NCBI GenBank assembly: GCA_005223145.1
Contig: NJBL01000004.1
Span: forward strand, 1-60,670
Direction: 5' to 3'
DNA length: 60,670 nucleotides
Source of the DNA: a bacterium (candidate division B38) B3_B38
Lineage (GTDB): Bacteria > Acidobacteriota > B3-B38 > Guanabaribacteriales > B3-B38
Below the pieces are notes generated by a model, which was not told where the DNA came from, did not search any database, and saw only the letters and a program-made list of their open reading frames with translations. Shown piece by piece: positions 1-9,209 of the stretch (positions within the stretch are counted from its first letter, which is position 1; each line of letters begins with the position of its first letter). A program made the translations under genes and the position numbers.

Positions 1-199
1 GTCGTCTCTACCTATAGGTGTAACAATAAGCCATTTTGTATATTAACCACATTTATCGCGATTTTCAACCTCGCCATAAAATGGGGTGTTAGCCCCCCTT
101 CTATCCCCCCTCCTTTGCCAAGCAATCCCAGTTACTTGCTGTGTCGGTAAACTACGATTATAATGTCAGTGGAATAAGCTAAACAGAGTAGGTGATTAG

Positions 200-337
200 A
201 TGAAGCAATACGGACTGGAGAACATTCGCAATATCGTTTTACTTTCCCATTGTGGTGCCGGCAAGACATCACTAACTGAGGCGGTGCTGTTCACTACCGG
301 TGCCATTACTCGATTCGGCAAGGTCGATGACGGGGAC
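200..337 (+). pseudogene. fusA: Elongation factor G, N-terminal fragment only (about 45 aa), joined to unrelated sequence
   Basis: [45 protein letters not shown] matches the EF-G G1 region. Similarity stops abruptly after GKVDDG, where GC rises sharply. Probably an assembly chimera. Confidence 0.7.
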
Positions 338-633
338 GCCGAGCATCTTCTCGGCCCAGACGACCGCCTCGTCGTACGAGCCCGCCTCGACGCCCCCGCC
401 GCTCAGGTAGTTCGAGACCCCGAAGTGGATCCGGCTGCGGAGGAGCGCTGCCCGCTCCTCCTCCGTCGCGGGATGGATGCGCTGATCGCGGTCGACCGTC
501 CACGTGACCGACGGATCGAGTTCGAAGTCCTCCGCGCCCGCGATCTCCCGCACGGAGTCGCGCATGGCCTCGTGATGGTCGATCAGGAGGAAGTGGTTCT
601 TGGTCAGGCGCTTGCAGTCGCCCGCCTGGATCT

Positions 634-915
634 CCTCGAAGATGCGGATGAAAAGCTCGCCGATAGTGCGCCGCTTTTTTTCTGGATCCGTGATGCCAGA
701 TAAGGCGGTCATGAACTGATCTACCGCGTCCACAATGATCAGCTCTAAGCCCAGGTTTTCGTGCAGGGCAGTTCTCACCTGGGCAGCCTCTCCCTGGCGC
801 AGCAAGCCATTATCCACGAATACGGCCAGCAATTGGTCGCCGACGGCGCGCTGCACCATCGCAGTCGCCACGCTGGAGTCGACCCCCCCGCTGACCGCGG
901 AGAGCACCATTTCCC
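634..915 (-). pseudogene. guaA: GMP synthase internal fragment (ATP-PPase domain)
   Basis: [14 protein letters not shown]...[13 protein letters not shown]...[19 protein letters not shown] within ORF 272..946. The GATase and C-terminal domains are absent. Confidence 0.75.
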
Positions 916-1078
916 CGCCGACTTCATCGTCGAGTACATCAATCAAACACGCGGGTGGTTCTACACCCTGCTGGCCGTCTCCACCACCGTCTTTGACTCA
1001 ATTTGCTACAAGCGCTGTCTTTCTCTGGGACTCATCCTCGATGCACACGGAAAGAAGATGTCCAAATCAAAGGGGAAC
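905..1078 (+). pseudogene. ileS: Isoleucyl-tRNA synthetase internal fragment
   Basis: [21 protein letters not shown]...GLILDAHGKKMSKSKGN matches the IleRS2-type FPADFI-E-DQTRGWF...KMSKS region. Confidence 0.75.
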
Positions 1079-1654
1079 TATTATACCCTTCGCGACCTGC
1101 TGGAAGAAGGATACGAACCTTTGGCTATCCGCTATCTCCTGCTGTCCACTCATTACCGTCGACAGCTTAATTTCACCAGAGAAGGGTTGACCCAGGCTAC
1201 CCACTCCCTTAAGAATCTCGGCGATTTCCTCCTCAGGCTCCGGCAGAGCAAGCCCATTGAGGGCTACAATCAGACCTTAGGAAAGGCAACCAAAGACGCC
1301 ATAGCAGGTATGGAGCGAGCCCTGGACGACGACCTCAATATTTCGCCCGCCCTGGCATCTCTCCACCAGCTGGTGAAGGAGGTCAATATCTCGCTTGAGC
1401 GGGGGGAAGTGGGGGAGAAAAATATGAGCGAAGTGAGGGAGGTGCTGGACAAATTTGACCGGGTTACCGGGATTTTGCCCCCGGTGGAAGAGGAATCCCT
1501 CGATGAGACCGTAAGAAAGCTCATTGCCGAGCGGGAGTCAGCCCGCCGGAACAAGGAGTATCAGAAAGCCGACCTCATCAGAGAAAAGCTGCGCCGGATG
1601 GGGATAATTCTGGAAGATACCAGAGATGGGGTAAGGTGGAAAAGGGAACCATAG
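1055..1654 (+). CDS. cysS: Cysteinyl-tRNA synthetase, C-terminal half (5' part missing or replaced)
   Basis: KMSKSxGN, IRYLLLSTHYRRQLNF, ALDDDLN, and the anticodon-binding ARRNKEYQKADLIREKL...GIILEDTRDGVRWK. Confidence 0.9.
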   Translation, partial: KMSKSKGNYYTLRDLLEEGYEPLAIRYLLLSTHYRRQLNFTREGLTQATHSLKNLGDFLLRLRQSKPIEGYNQTLGKATKDAIAGMERALDDDLNISPALASLHQLVKEVNISLERGEVGEKNMSEVREVLDKFDRVTGILPPVEEESLDETVRKLIAERESARRNKEYQKADLIREKLRRMGIILEDTRDGVRWKREP

Positions 1655-1756
1655 CCCCTGAGAGCTCTCACTAGGGATAAGAGGACTTACGAGGGGTTTT
1701 TCTCATCAAGAGTTGTGAATAATGCCAACGAAACTACCGAAGCTGGGTATGAAGAT

Positions 1757-2197
1757 ATGAGGTTTCGGTGGCCTTTTACCCGAAGGTTAAGCCTTCTGAG
1801 GAGCTCCAAAGACCGCTCCCAGCTCGGTAAAAGGGGGGAGGAGGCAGCCTGTCGCTTCCTTAAAAAGAAGAAGTATAAGATTGTGGAGCGCAGCTATCGG
1901 ACTCCCCATGGAGAGATTGACATCATCGCCTACGAGCGGAAGGTTCTGGTGTTTGTGGAGGTGAAGACCAGGCGCTCGTCAGAGTACGGTCTTCCCGAGG
2001 AATCGGTAAATTGGCGCAAACAACAGCGCATTAGAAAAATCTCCCAGCATTATCTCTACCATCATAAGCTGCAGGGAGTCGATTGCCGCTACGATGTGGT
2101 GAGCATTGACCTGAGTGCCCGGGACGAAGGACGGGTCACTCTGATAAAAGATGCTTTTCAGCTTATGGACAGAGGGATTAGCGGAAACTCAATATGA
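1757..2197 (+). CDS. yraN: YraN family (UPF0102) putative endonuclease
   Basis: GKRGEEAACRFL, GEIDII, LVFVEVKTR, CRYDVV. Start taken at ATG 1757; the ORF is open from 1715. Confidence 0.9.
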   Translation: MRFRWPFTRRLSLLRSSKDRSQLGKRGEEAACRFLKKKKYKIVERSYRTPHGEIDIIAYERKVLVFVEVKTRRSSEYGLPEESVNWRKQQRIRKISQHYLYHHKLQGVDCRYDVVSIDLSARDEGRVTLIKDAFQLMDRGISGNSI

Positions 2198-2206
2198 AAT
2201 TAGGGA

Positions 2207-2235
2207 TTGACAAAGGAGCCTTATTTTGTTATATT
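2207..2235 (+). promoter_or_regulatory. Sigma70 promoter for the tRNA operon
   Basis: TTGACA-17 nt-TATATT with an extended TG, 12 nt before tRNA-Gly. Confidence 0.75.
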
Positions 2236-2247
2236 TTCTCAGGAAGA

Positions 2248-2322
<75 letters not shown>

Positions 2323-2327
2323 TCGGT

Positions 2328-2402
<75 letters not shown>

Positions 2403-2745
2403 TTTTTTATACTGATTTATTTAACTTTTTCTCCTTCCAAGAAATTAGAAGCACCGCGGATTAGGCGACGCGATCTTTGCGCCTTGGTTAAGCTTTTGAT
2501 ACTCATCAACAAGCCAAATAATGCCCACTTGAGCTCCGTCAAAGGATCAGGGACTGGAATTCCCGCTGAAAAGCAGGTTCCTTTAACATTTTCAGCAATC
2601 TGGTTGGCAAGGCTTGAGTTGAAACTCTATATCTATTATGCTAAAATGTGTTCTCTTTTAAGCGCGGGACAGGTGCTTTTAGGCAGAGATGGTGATTGAA
2701 AAGCTTATACACAATTGAGTTTTATTTTTCAAAAAGAGGATAAAA

Positions 2746-3063
2746 ATGCCTTTCATAGAGTTTAAAGGTAAAAAAGTTGAGGTGAATGAAGAGGGTTTCT
2801 TAATCAAAGCCGAAGATTGGTCCGAGGAGCTGGCGAAGGTTTTAGCCGAGGCGGAAGGGATTGACGAGTTAACTGAGGACCATTGGAAAGTAATCAATTA
2901 TATCCGACAATATTATCTTGACCATGATATCGCCCCCATGGTCAGGCTGTTATGTAAAGAAACCAGGTTCCCCCTGAGATATATTTATCAGCTCTTCACC
3001 AGCGGTCCCGCCCGGGGTGCATGCAAGCTGGCAGGGCTTCCCAAACCGGATGGCTGCGTATAG
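2746..3063 (+). CDS. dsrC: TusE/DsrC/DsvC family sulfur carrier with both C-terminal cysteines (C-X10-C)
   Basis: NEEGFL...DWSEELA...HWKVINYIR...LFTSGPARGACKLAGLPKPDGCV. Confidence 0.85.
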   Translation: MPFIEFKGKKVEVNEEGFLIKAEDWSEELAKVLAEAEGIDELTEDHWKVINYIRQYYLDHDIAPMVRLLCKETRFPLRYIYQLFTSGPARGACKLAGLPKPDGCV

Positions 3064-3076
3064 ATGGTGAACAGTT

Positions 3077-3718
3077 ATGCTGCCCTTTAGCCAGGCTCTA
3101 TCCCTGGGAGCACTCCTGTTCTGCTTTATCGCTCTCCTGTATATGCTCCTTCAGGTGCGACATCTACCCCATCAAAGAAATCTTGCCCCCCCTCGAGGAA
3201 GGGGGTGGGAAGGGGTTGTTTACGCCTATACTAAAGCTCTACTCCCCTGGGGCAAGGAGAGTTCTACCAGGCATCTGGTGAGTTACCTGGCGGGGGTGGT
3301 CTTTCATTTGAGCACCTTTTTTGCTCTGTTCCTCTTTTTTTTCTCTTTCTGGCTGAAGTCCGTTCCCACTTCTCTTAAAGCGGGAGGTTCACTGGCGCTG
3401 TGGGCTGGACTGCTCTGCGGTTTTGGTCTCCTGCTCAAGCGGATATTTACCCCTTATCTTCGTTCCTTGAGCTATCCCGATGACTATTTTTCCAATGCCA
3501 TAGTGGAAGCTTTTCTATTAGTCTGTTGGCTCAGCCTGAGGGAGGGTGAATTTCCCCCCTATTTTTACTTCATAGCGGTCATCTTCTTTTTATACCTCCC
3601 GCTGGGTAAGCTCCGCCATGCCCTTTTCTGCTTATATGCCCGGGCGGTCTGGGGAGGCTTTTTTGGCAGGCGGGGAGTGCTATCGCTTTGGGGGGTAAAG
3701 AGGACAGAGGAGAGGTAA
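3077..3718 (+). CDS. NarI/DsrM-like integral membrane cytochrome b subunit
   Basis: About 5 TM helices, GVVFH, KRIFTPYLRSLSYPDDY, LPLGKLRH. Lies between dsrC and the dsrK-like gene. Confidence 0.7.
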   Translation: MLPFSQALSLGALLFCFIALLYMLLQVRHLPHQRNLAPPRGRGWEGVVYAYTKALLPWGKESSTRHLVSYLAGVVFHLSTFFALFLFFFSFWLKSVPTSLKAGGSLALWAGLLCGFGLLLKRIFTPYLRSLSYPDDYFSNAIVEAFLLVCWLSLREGEFPPYFYFIAVIFFLYLPLGKLRHALFCLYARAVWGGFFGRRGVLSLWGVKRTEER

Positions 3719-3726
3719 CCCACTAT

Positions 3727-5061
3727 ATGGAAGCGCCCGCTAATCATAGGCTTATTCTCGAGCATCTGAAAAGGAAGATCCCCCGAAGATTAGCCATCCT
3801 GGTTAATTCCTGTGTTCACTGCGGGCTGTGCAGCGATTCCTGCCATTACTACCTGGCAGAGAACAAGAGCCGGTTTATCCCTGCCTTCAGAACCGACCGG
3901 TTATCGAGCCTTTTCCGCCGATATCATACCTGGCTGGGGAGGCTTATCCCCTTCTGGACAGGTGCCAGAGGGGTGGAGGAACTCTCCCTGAAGGAGTTTA
4001 CTGATGCGGTATTTGGCGAGTGCACTATGTGCGGGCGCTGTTCTATTAACTGTTCGGTAGGGCTGGACATCGGCTTTCTGATACGAGAGGCACGAAAGAT
4101 ACTGGTGGAGCTCAACCAGGTGCCCAGGAGCTTGCAGTCAACGGTAGATAAGGCTGTAACTACCGGCAATAATATGGCCATTAAGGAGGAAGAGCTTACA
4201 GGGACTATCCAGTGGTTGGAGGAGGAGCTGCAGCAAGAGGTGGGAGACCCCCGGGCGAAAATACCCCTCAATAAAGCTGGTGCCAGGGTTTTATACACCC
4301 TGAATCCAAGAGAGCCAAAGTTTTTTCCCCTGTCCATCATTGCCATAGCCAAGATATTTTATGCGGCGGGGGAAAACTGGACTCTCAGCAGTACCAACTT
4401 TGACGCCACTAATTATGCCTATTATTCCGGTGATGACCAGGCTGCTCGCATCATAGCAAGACGCCTGGTTGATGAGGCAGAAAAGCTGGGAGTCAATATT
4501 CTGGCAGTAACCGAGTGCGGTCATGCATATCGTTCCATCAGGTGGGAATCCCCCAACTGGCTTGGCAAGCGGTTCGGCTTCAAGGTGAAAAGCATCCTTG
4601 AGCTGATAGCCGATTACCTCAGTGAGGGTCGCATCCGGGTTGATCCCTCGGCAAACAGTGCTCCGGTTACTCTTCATGACCCTTGCAATCTCGTCCGCTA
4701 CGGTGGTGTGGTGGAGGTGCAGCGCCATATCCTGCGACAAGCGGTTAGCAACTTCGTGGAGATGCACCCCAACAGGGAGAACAACTACTGCTGCGGCGGA
4801 GGGGGAGGGCTATTGAGCATGAGCGAGTATGCAGAGCTCAGGCTCAAAGCGGGAAAAGCAAAGGTAGAACAGATTCGCCAGACAGGGGCTAAGGTGGTAG
4901 CTGCTCCCTGTCATAATTGTATTGACCAATTGATGGAGCTGAACAAGAAATATAAGTTAGGGATTGAGGCGAGGACCATAGGGGAGATTGTAGCCGATGC
5001 CCTGATTCTCCCCTCAGGACGGGTCAACCCCTCCACCGACTCTCCTTCCAAAAAAGGCTAA
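3727..5061 (+). CDS. DsrK/HdrD/HmcF-like Fe-S oxidoreductase (two 4Fe-4S motifs plus CCG domain)
   Basis: CVHCGLCSDSC, CTMCGRCSINC, ECGH, HDPC, NNYCCGGGGG, APCHNC. ATG 3727 follows GGAGAGG. Confidence 0.85.
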   Translation: MEAPANHRLILEHLKRKIPRRLAILVNSCVHCGLCSDSCHYYLAENKSRFIPAFRTDRLSSLFRRYHTWLGRLIPFWTGARGVEELSLKEFTDAVFGECTMCGRCSINCSVGLDIGFLIREARKILVELNQVPRSLQSTVDKAVTTGNNMAIKEEELTGTIQWLEEELQQEVGDPRAKIPLNKAGARVLYTLNPREPKFFPLSIIAIAKIFYAAGENWTLSSTNFDATNYAYYSGDDQAARIIARRLVDEAEKLGVNILAVTECGHAYRSIRWESPNWLGKRFGFKVKSILELIADYLSEGRIRVDPSANSAPVTLHDPCNLVRYGGVVEVQRHILRQAVSNFVEMHPNRENNYCCGGGGGLLSMSEYAELRLKAGKAKVEQIRQTGAKVVAAPCHNCIDQLMELNKKYKLGIEARTIGEIVADALILPSGRVNPSTDSPSKKG

Positions 5062-5072
5062 GAATCCTCTTA

Positions 5073-6233
5073 CTATCCCTTCTTTGTGCTGGCTATCTCT
5101 TTTACCGCATTAATGCAGTGGTCGATATGCTCTTCTGTATTGAAGGGACCGATGCTTACCCGCACTGCTCCTTCGGGCATGGTCTGCAGTTGCTCATGAA
5201 CCTTGGGCGCGCAATGGAGACCGGTGCGGGTAGCAATATTGTAATCGACATCGAGGAGGGTGCCGGCATCGATCGCCTTGTAGCTGTCGATATTAAAAGA
5301 GAGCACCGCCAGCCTGTTTTCCAGCGAGGTGCTCCCGTAGAGGGTCACTCCTTCAATCTCCATCAACCCTTTCTGGAGGCGCTCCAGCAGGGACAGCTCA
5401 TTCCGTCTGATGTTATCCACCCCCACCTTATGAAGATACTTTTGCCCGGCATTTAAGCCGGCAATACCGAGGACATTGAGAGTGCCGCATTCCAGCCGGT
5501 AGGGGTATTCCGGGAGGTGGAAGGGGTAGGCGGAGCGAACACCGGTTCCCCCCACTCGGCTTGGCTCTATCTCAATATCCTCTCCTACATAGAGCCCCCC
5601 TATCCCCGTTGGACCCATCAGGGATTTATGCCCGGTGAAGGCGACAAGGTCAATATTCATTGTCTCCACATCTATAGGTACCACCCCGGCAGTTTGAGCT
5701 GCATCAATAGCGAAGATGACCCCATGTTCACGACAGAGCCTCCCGATTTCCTCTACCGGCTGCACTGTTCCGATGACATTGGAGCCGTGGTTAATGATAA
5801 CCAGCTTGGTGTTTTTCTTGAACCTTTTCTGAAAATCATCGGGGTCAACATACCCCTGGGAGTCGAAGGGTATGTAGTCAACCTCAATCTTCCCGTCAGA
5901 GTATTTATGATGGAGCGGGCGGAGCACCGAGTTGTGCTCCAGGGTGGTGGTAATCACATGGTCTCCGGGCTTCAGAATGCCATTTATAATCATATTCAAG
6001 GAGTCGGAGGCGTTATAGGTGAAGACCAGATGCTCGTATTTCTTCCCATGAAAAAATTCAGTGAGGAGCTTTCTGGTCTCCTGAACCATCTGCTCAGCCT
6101 CCAGGCACAGGTCGTATCCCGACCGCCCGGGGTTAACACCATAATGGCGATAGAAATGGTCCATAAAATCGAGGACTTCCTTTGGCTTGGGGAATAGGGT
6201 GGCTGAATTGTCAAGGTATATTAGCTCTTTCAT
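5073..6233 (-). CDS. Cysteine desulfurase family (aminotransferase class V, SufS/CsdA-like)
   Basis: YLDNSAT, EHNSV, DAAQ, TGHK (PLP Lys), GTLN, RTGLHCA (catalytic Cys). Confidence 0.9.
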   Translation of the reverse strand: MKELIYLDNSATLFPKPKEVLDFMDHFYRHYGVNPGRSGYDLCLEAEQMVQETRKLLTEFFHGKKYEHLVFTYNASDSLNMIINGILKPGDHVITTTLEHNSVLRPLHHKYSDGKIEVDYIPFDSQGYVDPDDFQKRFKKNTKLVIINHGSNVIGTVQPVEEIGRLCREHGVIFAIDAAQTAGVVPIDVETMNIDLVAFTGHKSLMGPTGIGGLYVGEDIEIEPSRVGGTGVRSAYPFHLPEYPYRLECGTLNVLGIAGLNAGQKYLHKVGVDNIRRNELSLLERLQKGLMEIEGVTLYGSTSLENRLAVLSFNIDSYKAIDAGTLLDVDYNIATRTGLHCAPKVHEQLQTMPEGAVRVSIGPFNTEEHIDHCINAVKEIASTKKG

Positions 6234-6830
6234 AATTACATCCCCTATCTATTAATAAATAATGTCTCCTTTTCTCATGGAAGGAATTCCCCTTCCATGT
6301 TTCCCTGGAAGGCACCTGTCAAAGCAGGACATTGATTATTAGAGATGGTAACCTTGTACTCCTATCATACTCTAATCCAAAGAGGAAGACAACCCTGTTT
6401 TTTCCACCAATAGTTAGGTGCTCCTTGGCAAGAGCTTGCATAGATGGAGAGGAACTTAACCCTTCTCTGGCAGAAAAAAATTGGTCATTCTTTTAATAAA
6501 TAGCCCTTTTAGCCCTCCTCCTGAAGAGAGGCTTTGCTTACCAAAGGGGGGGGTTATTTGATGAAGTAAAGTCGGTTGCCTTGGTTCTGCTGGGCATTAT
6601 ATAATAATGTTTGCCAATAGGAGCAGGCAGATTTGCGCCTCTTAAAAACAAGTGGGGTGATAATGAGGATGAAGGGGTTAGTAGATCTAATGCCTCATTT
6701 CCAAAGAAAGAGAGAGTAAGTGCGATTTAATGGTGAGGATAAATAAGCCTTTCAAGGGAGGTAAATCGTTTATAATTGGTGTTGCCGAATAAATGTTTTT
6801 AAATCTTTTTTGCTGTAAGGAGGGATACCT

Positions 6831-8531
6831 ATGAAGGCTAAAGTCACTCGTCGCCAGTTTTTAAAATCCACCGCCCAGGCAGGGGTTCTCCTCGGCATTG
6901 TTGGGGGTAGCACCTGGGGAGGAGGTTGTGCATCTGGGAAGAGTTTCGACTTAATCATCAAGAGCGGGATGGTGGTCGATGGGATTGCAAACAAAAGCTA
7001 CCAGGCCGATGTGGGGATAATCGGGGAGCGTATTGAGGCGGTGGGCAATCTGCGAAAGGCTCAGGCTAAAACCATTCTTGATGCCACGGGACGCACAGTA
7101 TCGCCGGGATTTATTGATATCCATTCCCACACCGGCCTGGAGCTTCTGATTAATCCCAAGGCGGAGAGCAAGATAAGGCAGGGGGTTACCACCGAGCTCG
7201 GCGGTAACTGCGGTGGTTCGCCCTTCCCCTTAAAAAAAGAGCTGCAGGACGAAGAGAGGAGGTGGGCAGAGAAGGTTGGTGTGGAAATAGATTGGGTCGA
7301 TCTTGAGGGATTTTACACCCGATTAGCGAAAAATGGCATCGCAGTGAACTACGCCACCCTCGTGGGGCAGGGGACAGTCCGCAGCCGTGTTATGGAGCAG
7401 GAAAGGAGAGAACCCACCTCCGAGGAGATGGAGCAGATGAGGGCACTGGTAGCGCAGGCGATGGAGCAGGGAGCTTTTGGACTATCTACCGGTTTAGAGT
7501 ATACCCCCAGTGGCTTCGCCACCACTCCAGAAGTGATAGAGCTCTGCCGGGTGGCAGCAGAGTATGGTGGCTTCTACGCCACCCACATCCGCAGCGAAGC
7601 TAACCAGCTTTTAGAAGCGTTGGCTGAAGCTATCTTCATCGCCGAGAGGGTAGGAATCCCTCTGCAGATATCCCATCTTAAGGCAGCGGGCAAGGTCAAC
7701 TGGTGGAAGACGCCCATGGTGATTGACCTGATAGAGAGAGCTCAGCAGAGAGGTCTGGCAGTGAACGCCGACCGCTATCCTTACACCGCTTACAGCACCG
7801 GTATAACCATCTTTTTCCCTCAATGGGCGCTGGAAGGGGGGACGAAGCGGTTCATAGAGAGAATAAAAGACAGGGAGCTCCGGCAAAAGATGAGAGCGGA
7901 AACCGTAGAGCGTGTGATAGGGAACAACTCCTGGGAGAGCATTCTCATCGTCGGGATTAGCACTGAGAAGAACCGCCCGCTGGAAGGCAAGTATATAAGC
8001 GAAGCCGCAGCTGAGAGAAAGAAAGACCCTTATGAGTTCACCTGCGATTTACTAATCGAGGAGGAAGGGAATGTATCCATCGTCGGCTTCGGAATGAGCG
8101 ATGAGAACACTGAGTTTATCCTCAAGCATCCCCTGGTGATGCTCGGTTCCGATGGGTCAGCGCTTGCCCCCTATGGGCCCCTGAGTGAGGGTATCCCTCA
8201 TCCGAGAAACTACGGTGCCTTTCCTCGCTTCCTCGGATTTTATGTCCGGGAGAATAAGCTCCTCACCCTCCCCGAGGCACTAAAGAAGATAACCTCTATG
8301 CCAGCAGCTAAGATGGGGCTCAAAGACCGGGGCTCTATTCAGAAGGGAAACTTCGCCGACATAGTGATATTTGACCCTCAGACCATTTCTGGCCAGGCTA
8401 CTTATACCGACTCGGAGCAGTACCCTGTGGGCATCGATTATGTCATCGTTAATGGCAAGATAGTGGTTGACCACGGCGAGCACACCGGGGAATTGCCCGG
8501 TAAAACACTCAAAGGTGCGGGCAAGAAATAG
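6831..8531 (+). CDS. N-acyl-D-amino-acid deacylase (D-aminoacylase family amidohydrolase) with Tat signal
   Basis: TRRQFLK twin-arginine motif; PGFIDIHSH, GNCG, THIRSE, SHLK, GSDG, HPRNYGAFPR. Confidence 0.9.
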   Translation: MKAKVTRRQFLKSTAQAGVLLGIVGGSTWGGGCASGKSFDLIIKSGMVVDGIANKSYQADVGIIGERIEAVGNLRKAQAKTILDATGRTVSPGFIDIHSHTGLELLINPKAESKIRQGVTTELGGNCGGSPFPLKKELQDEERRWAEKVGVEIDWVDLEGFYTRLAKNGIAVNYATLVGQGTVRSRVMEQERREPTSEEMEQMRALVAQAMEQGAFGLSTGLEYTPSGFATTPEVIELCRVAAEYGGFYATHIRSEANQLLEALAEAIFIAERVGIPLQISHLKAAGKVNWWKTPMVIDLIERAQQRGLAVNADRYPYTAYSTGITIFFPQWALEGGTKRFIERIKDRELRQKMRAETVERVIGNNSWESILIVGISTEKNRPLEGKYISEAAAERKKDPYEFTCDLLIEEEGNVSIVGFGMSDENTEFILKHPLVMLGSDGSALAPYGPLSEGIPHPRNYGAFPRFLGFYVRENKLLTLPEALKKITSMPAAKMGLKDRGSIQKGNFADIVIFDPQTISGQATYTDSEQYPVGIDYVIVNGKIVVDHGEHTGELPGKTLKGAGKK

Positions 8532-8819
8532 CCATCGCCTGCTCGAAATTATAGTGCGAGCAGAGGACGAGGGGAGAATGATGAAGCTCATGCATCGGCA
8601 GTGCGGGATTGGGAACCTCTGGTCCGGGAATGGCGTTTCAACATAGAGAGGGAGCGAATCGAGAGGCTATGTTAAGAGATAGTCTCCTCCAGTCACCAGG
8701 GGATATGGCTTTATCATGGGGAGAGTGGATAGCAGATTTACAGAACAAAGGTCATCCCTTTATAGTCGAAAAGATCTCTTCACCTGAAGAACTTCCTTCC
8801 CTGAAGAAAGAGGAGCGAA

Positions 8820-9209
8820 ATGTTTGAGTAAGAGGAATTCCCTGAGAGAGAGGAGCAGCAACTTGATAAGAAGTGTGCCAAGGACTCCTTGTCAGCTGTC
8901 TTCTCCGGTCTTATAGTGATACTGCTGGGGGTATTGTTCTTATTGGTCGCTCAGGATTACATCTTCTGGGGGGATTGGTGGGCGTATCTGCTGGTAGGTA
9001 TTGGAGTTATTTTCCTGATAGAAGTTATAGTCCGCCAGACTCGTCCCCAATACCGGTGCCCGGTTGCGGGAAAGCTTATAGCAGCGTTGGTGCTCATTGC
9101 CATCGGCGCAGGGCATATCTATGGGTTGAGACACTGGTGGGCGTTGATAATTATCGTGGTGGGATTTGTCATCCTATTTTTGGGCTTTAAGAGGCTGGGC
9201 GGAACCTGA
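8820..9209 (+). pseudogene. LiaF/DUF5668-like 4-TM membrane protein with a premature TAA at codon 4 (or an intact CDS from TTG 8889)
   Basis: AGGAG RBS, then ATG 8820 TTT GAG TAA, in frame with GLIVILLGVLFLL...WWAYLLVGIG...WWALIIIVVG. Confidence 0.55.

Noticed and set aside
200-703. 167-aa ORF as a novel short EF-G-like GTPase
   Set aside because: Only the first about 45 aa are EF-G. The rest is the antisense reading of other fragments in the chimeric region.
272-946. 224-aa ORF as a GuaA fusion protein
   Set aside because: It spans three apparent junctions and only the central part is GuaA.
1659-1670. Perfect palindrome TGAGAGCTCTCA after cysS
   Set aside because: Single occurrence with no U-tract and no other copies noticed, so no role can be assigned.
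2403-2745. Possible island integrated at tRNA-Cys
   Set aside because: No integrase and no duplicated tRNA 3' end found in the window.
6234-6830. 600-bp intergenic region with hairpin CATGGAAGG-N6-CCTTCCATG as a riboswitch or ncRNA
   Set aside because: No recognisable riboswitch consensus. It is compatible with divergent promoters plus a simple hairpin, and an Rfam scan would be needed.
8609-8827. 72-aa ORF
   Set aside because: No recognisable motif and a weak start. It may be a remnant but this is unsupported.
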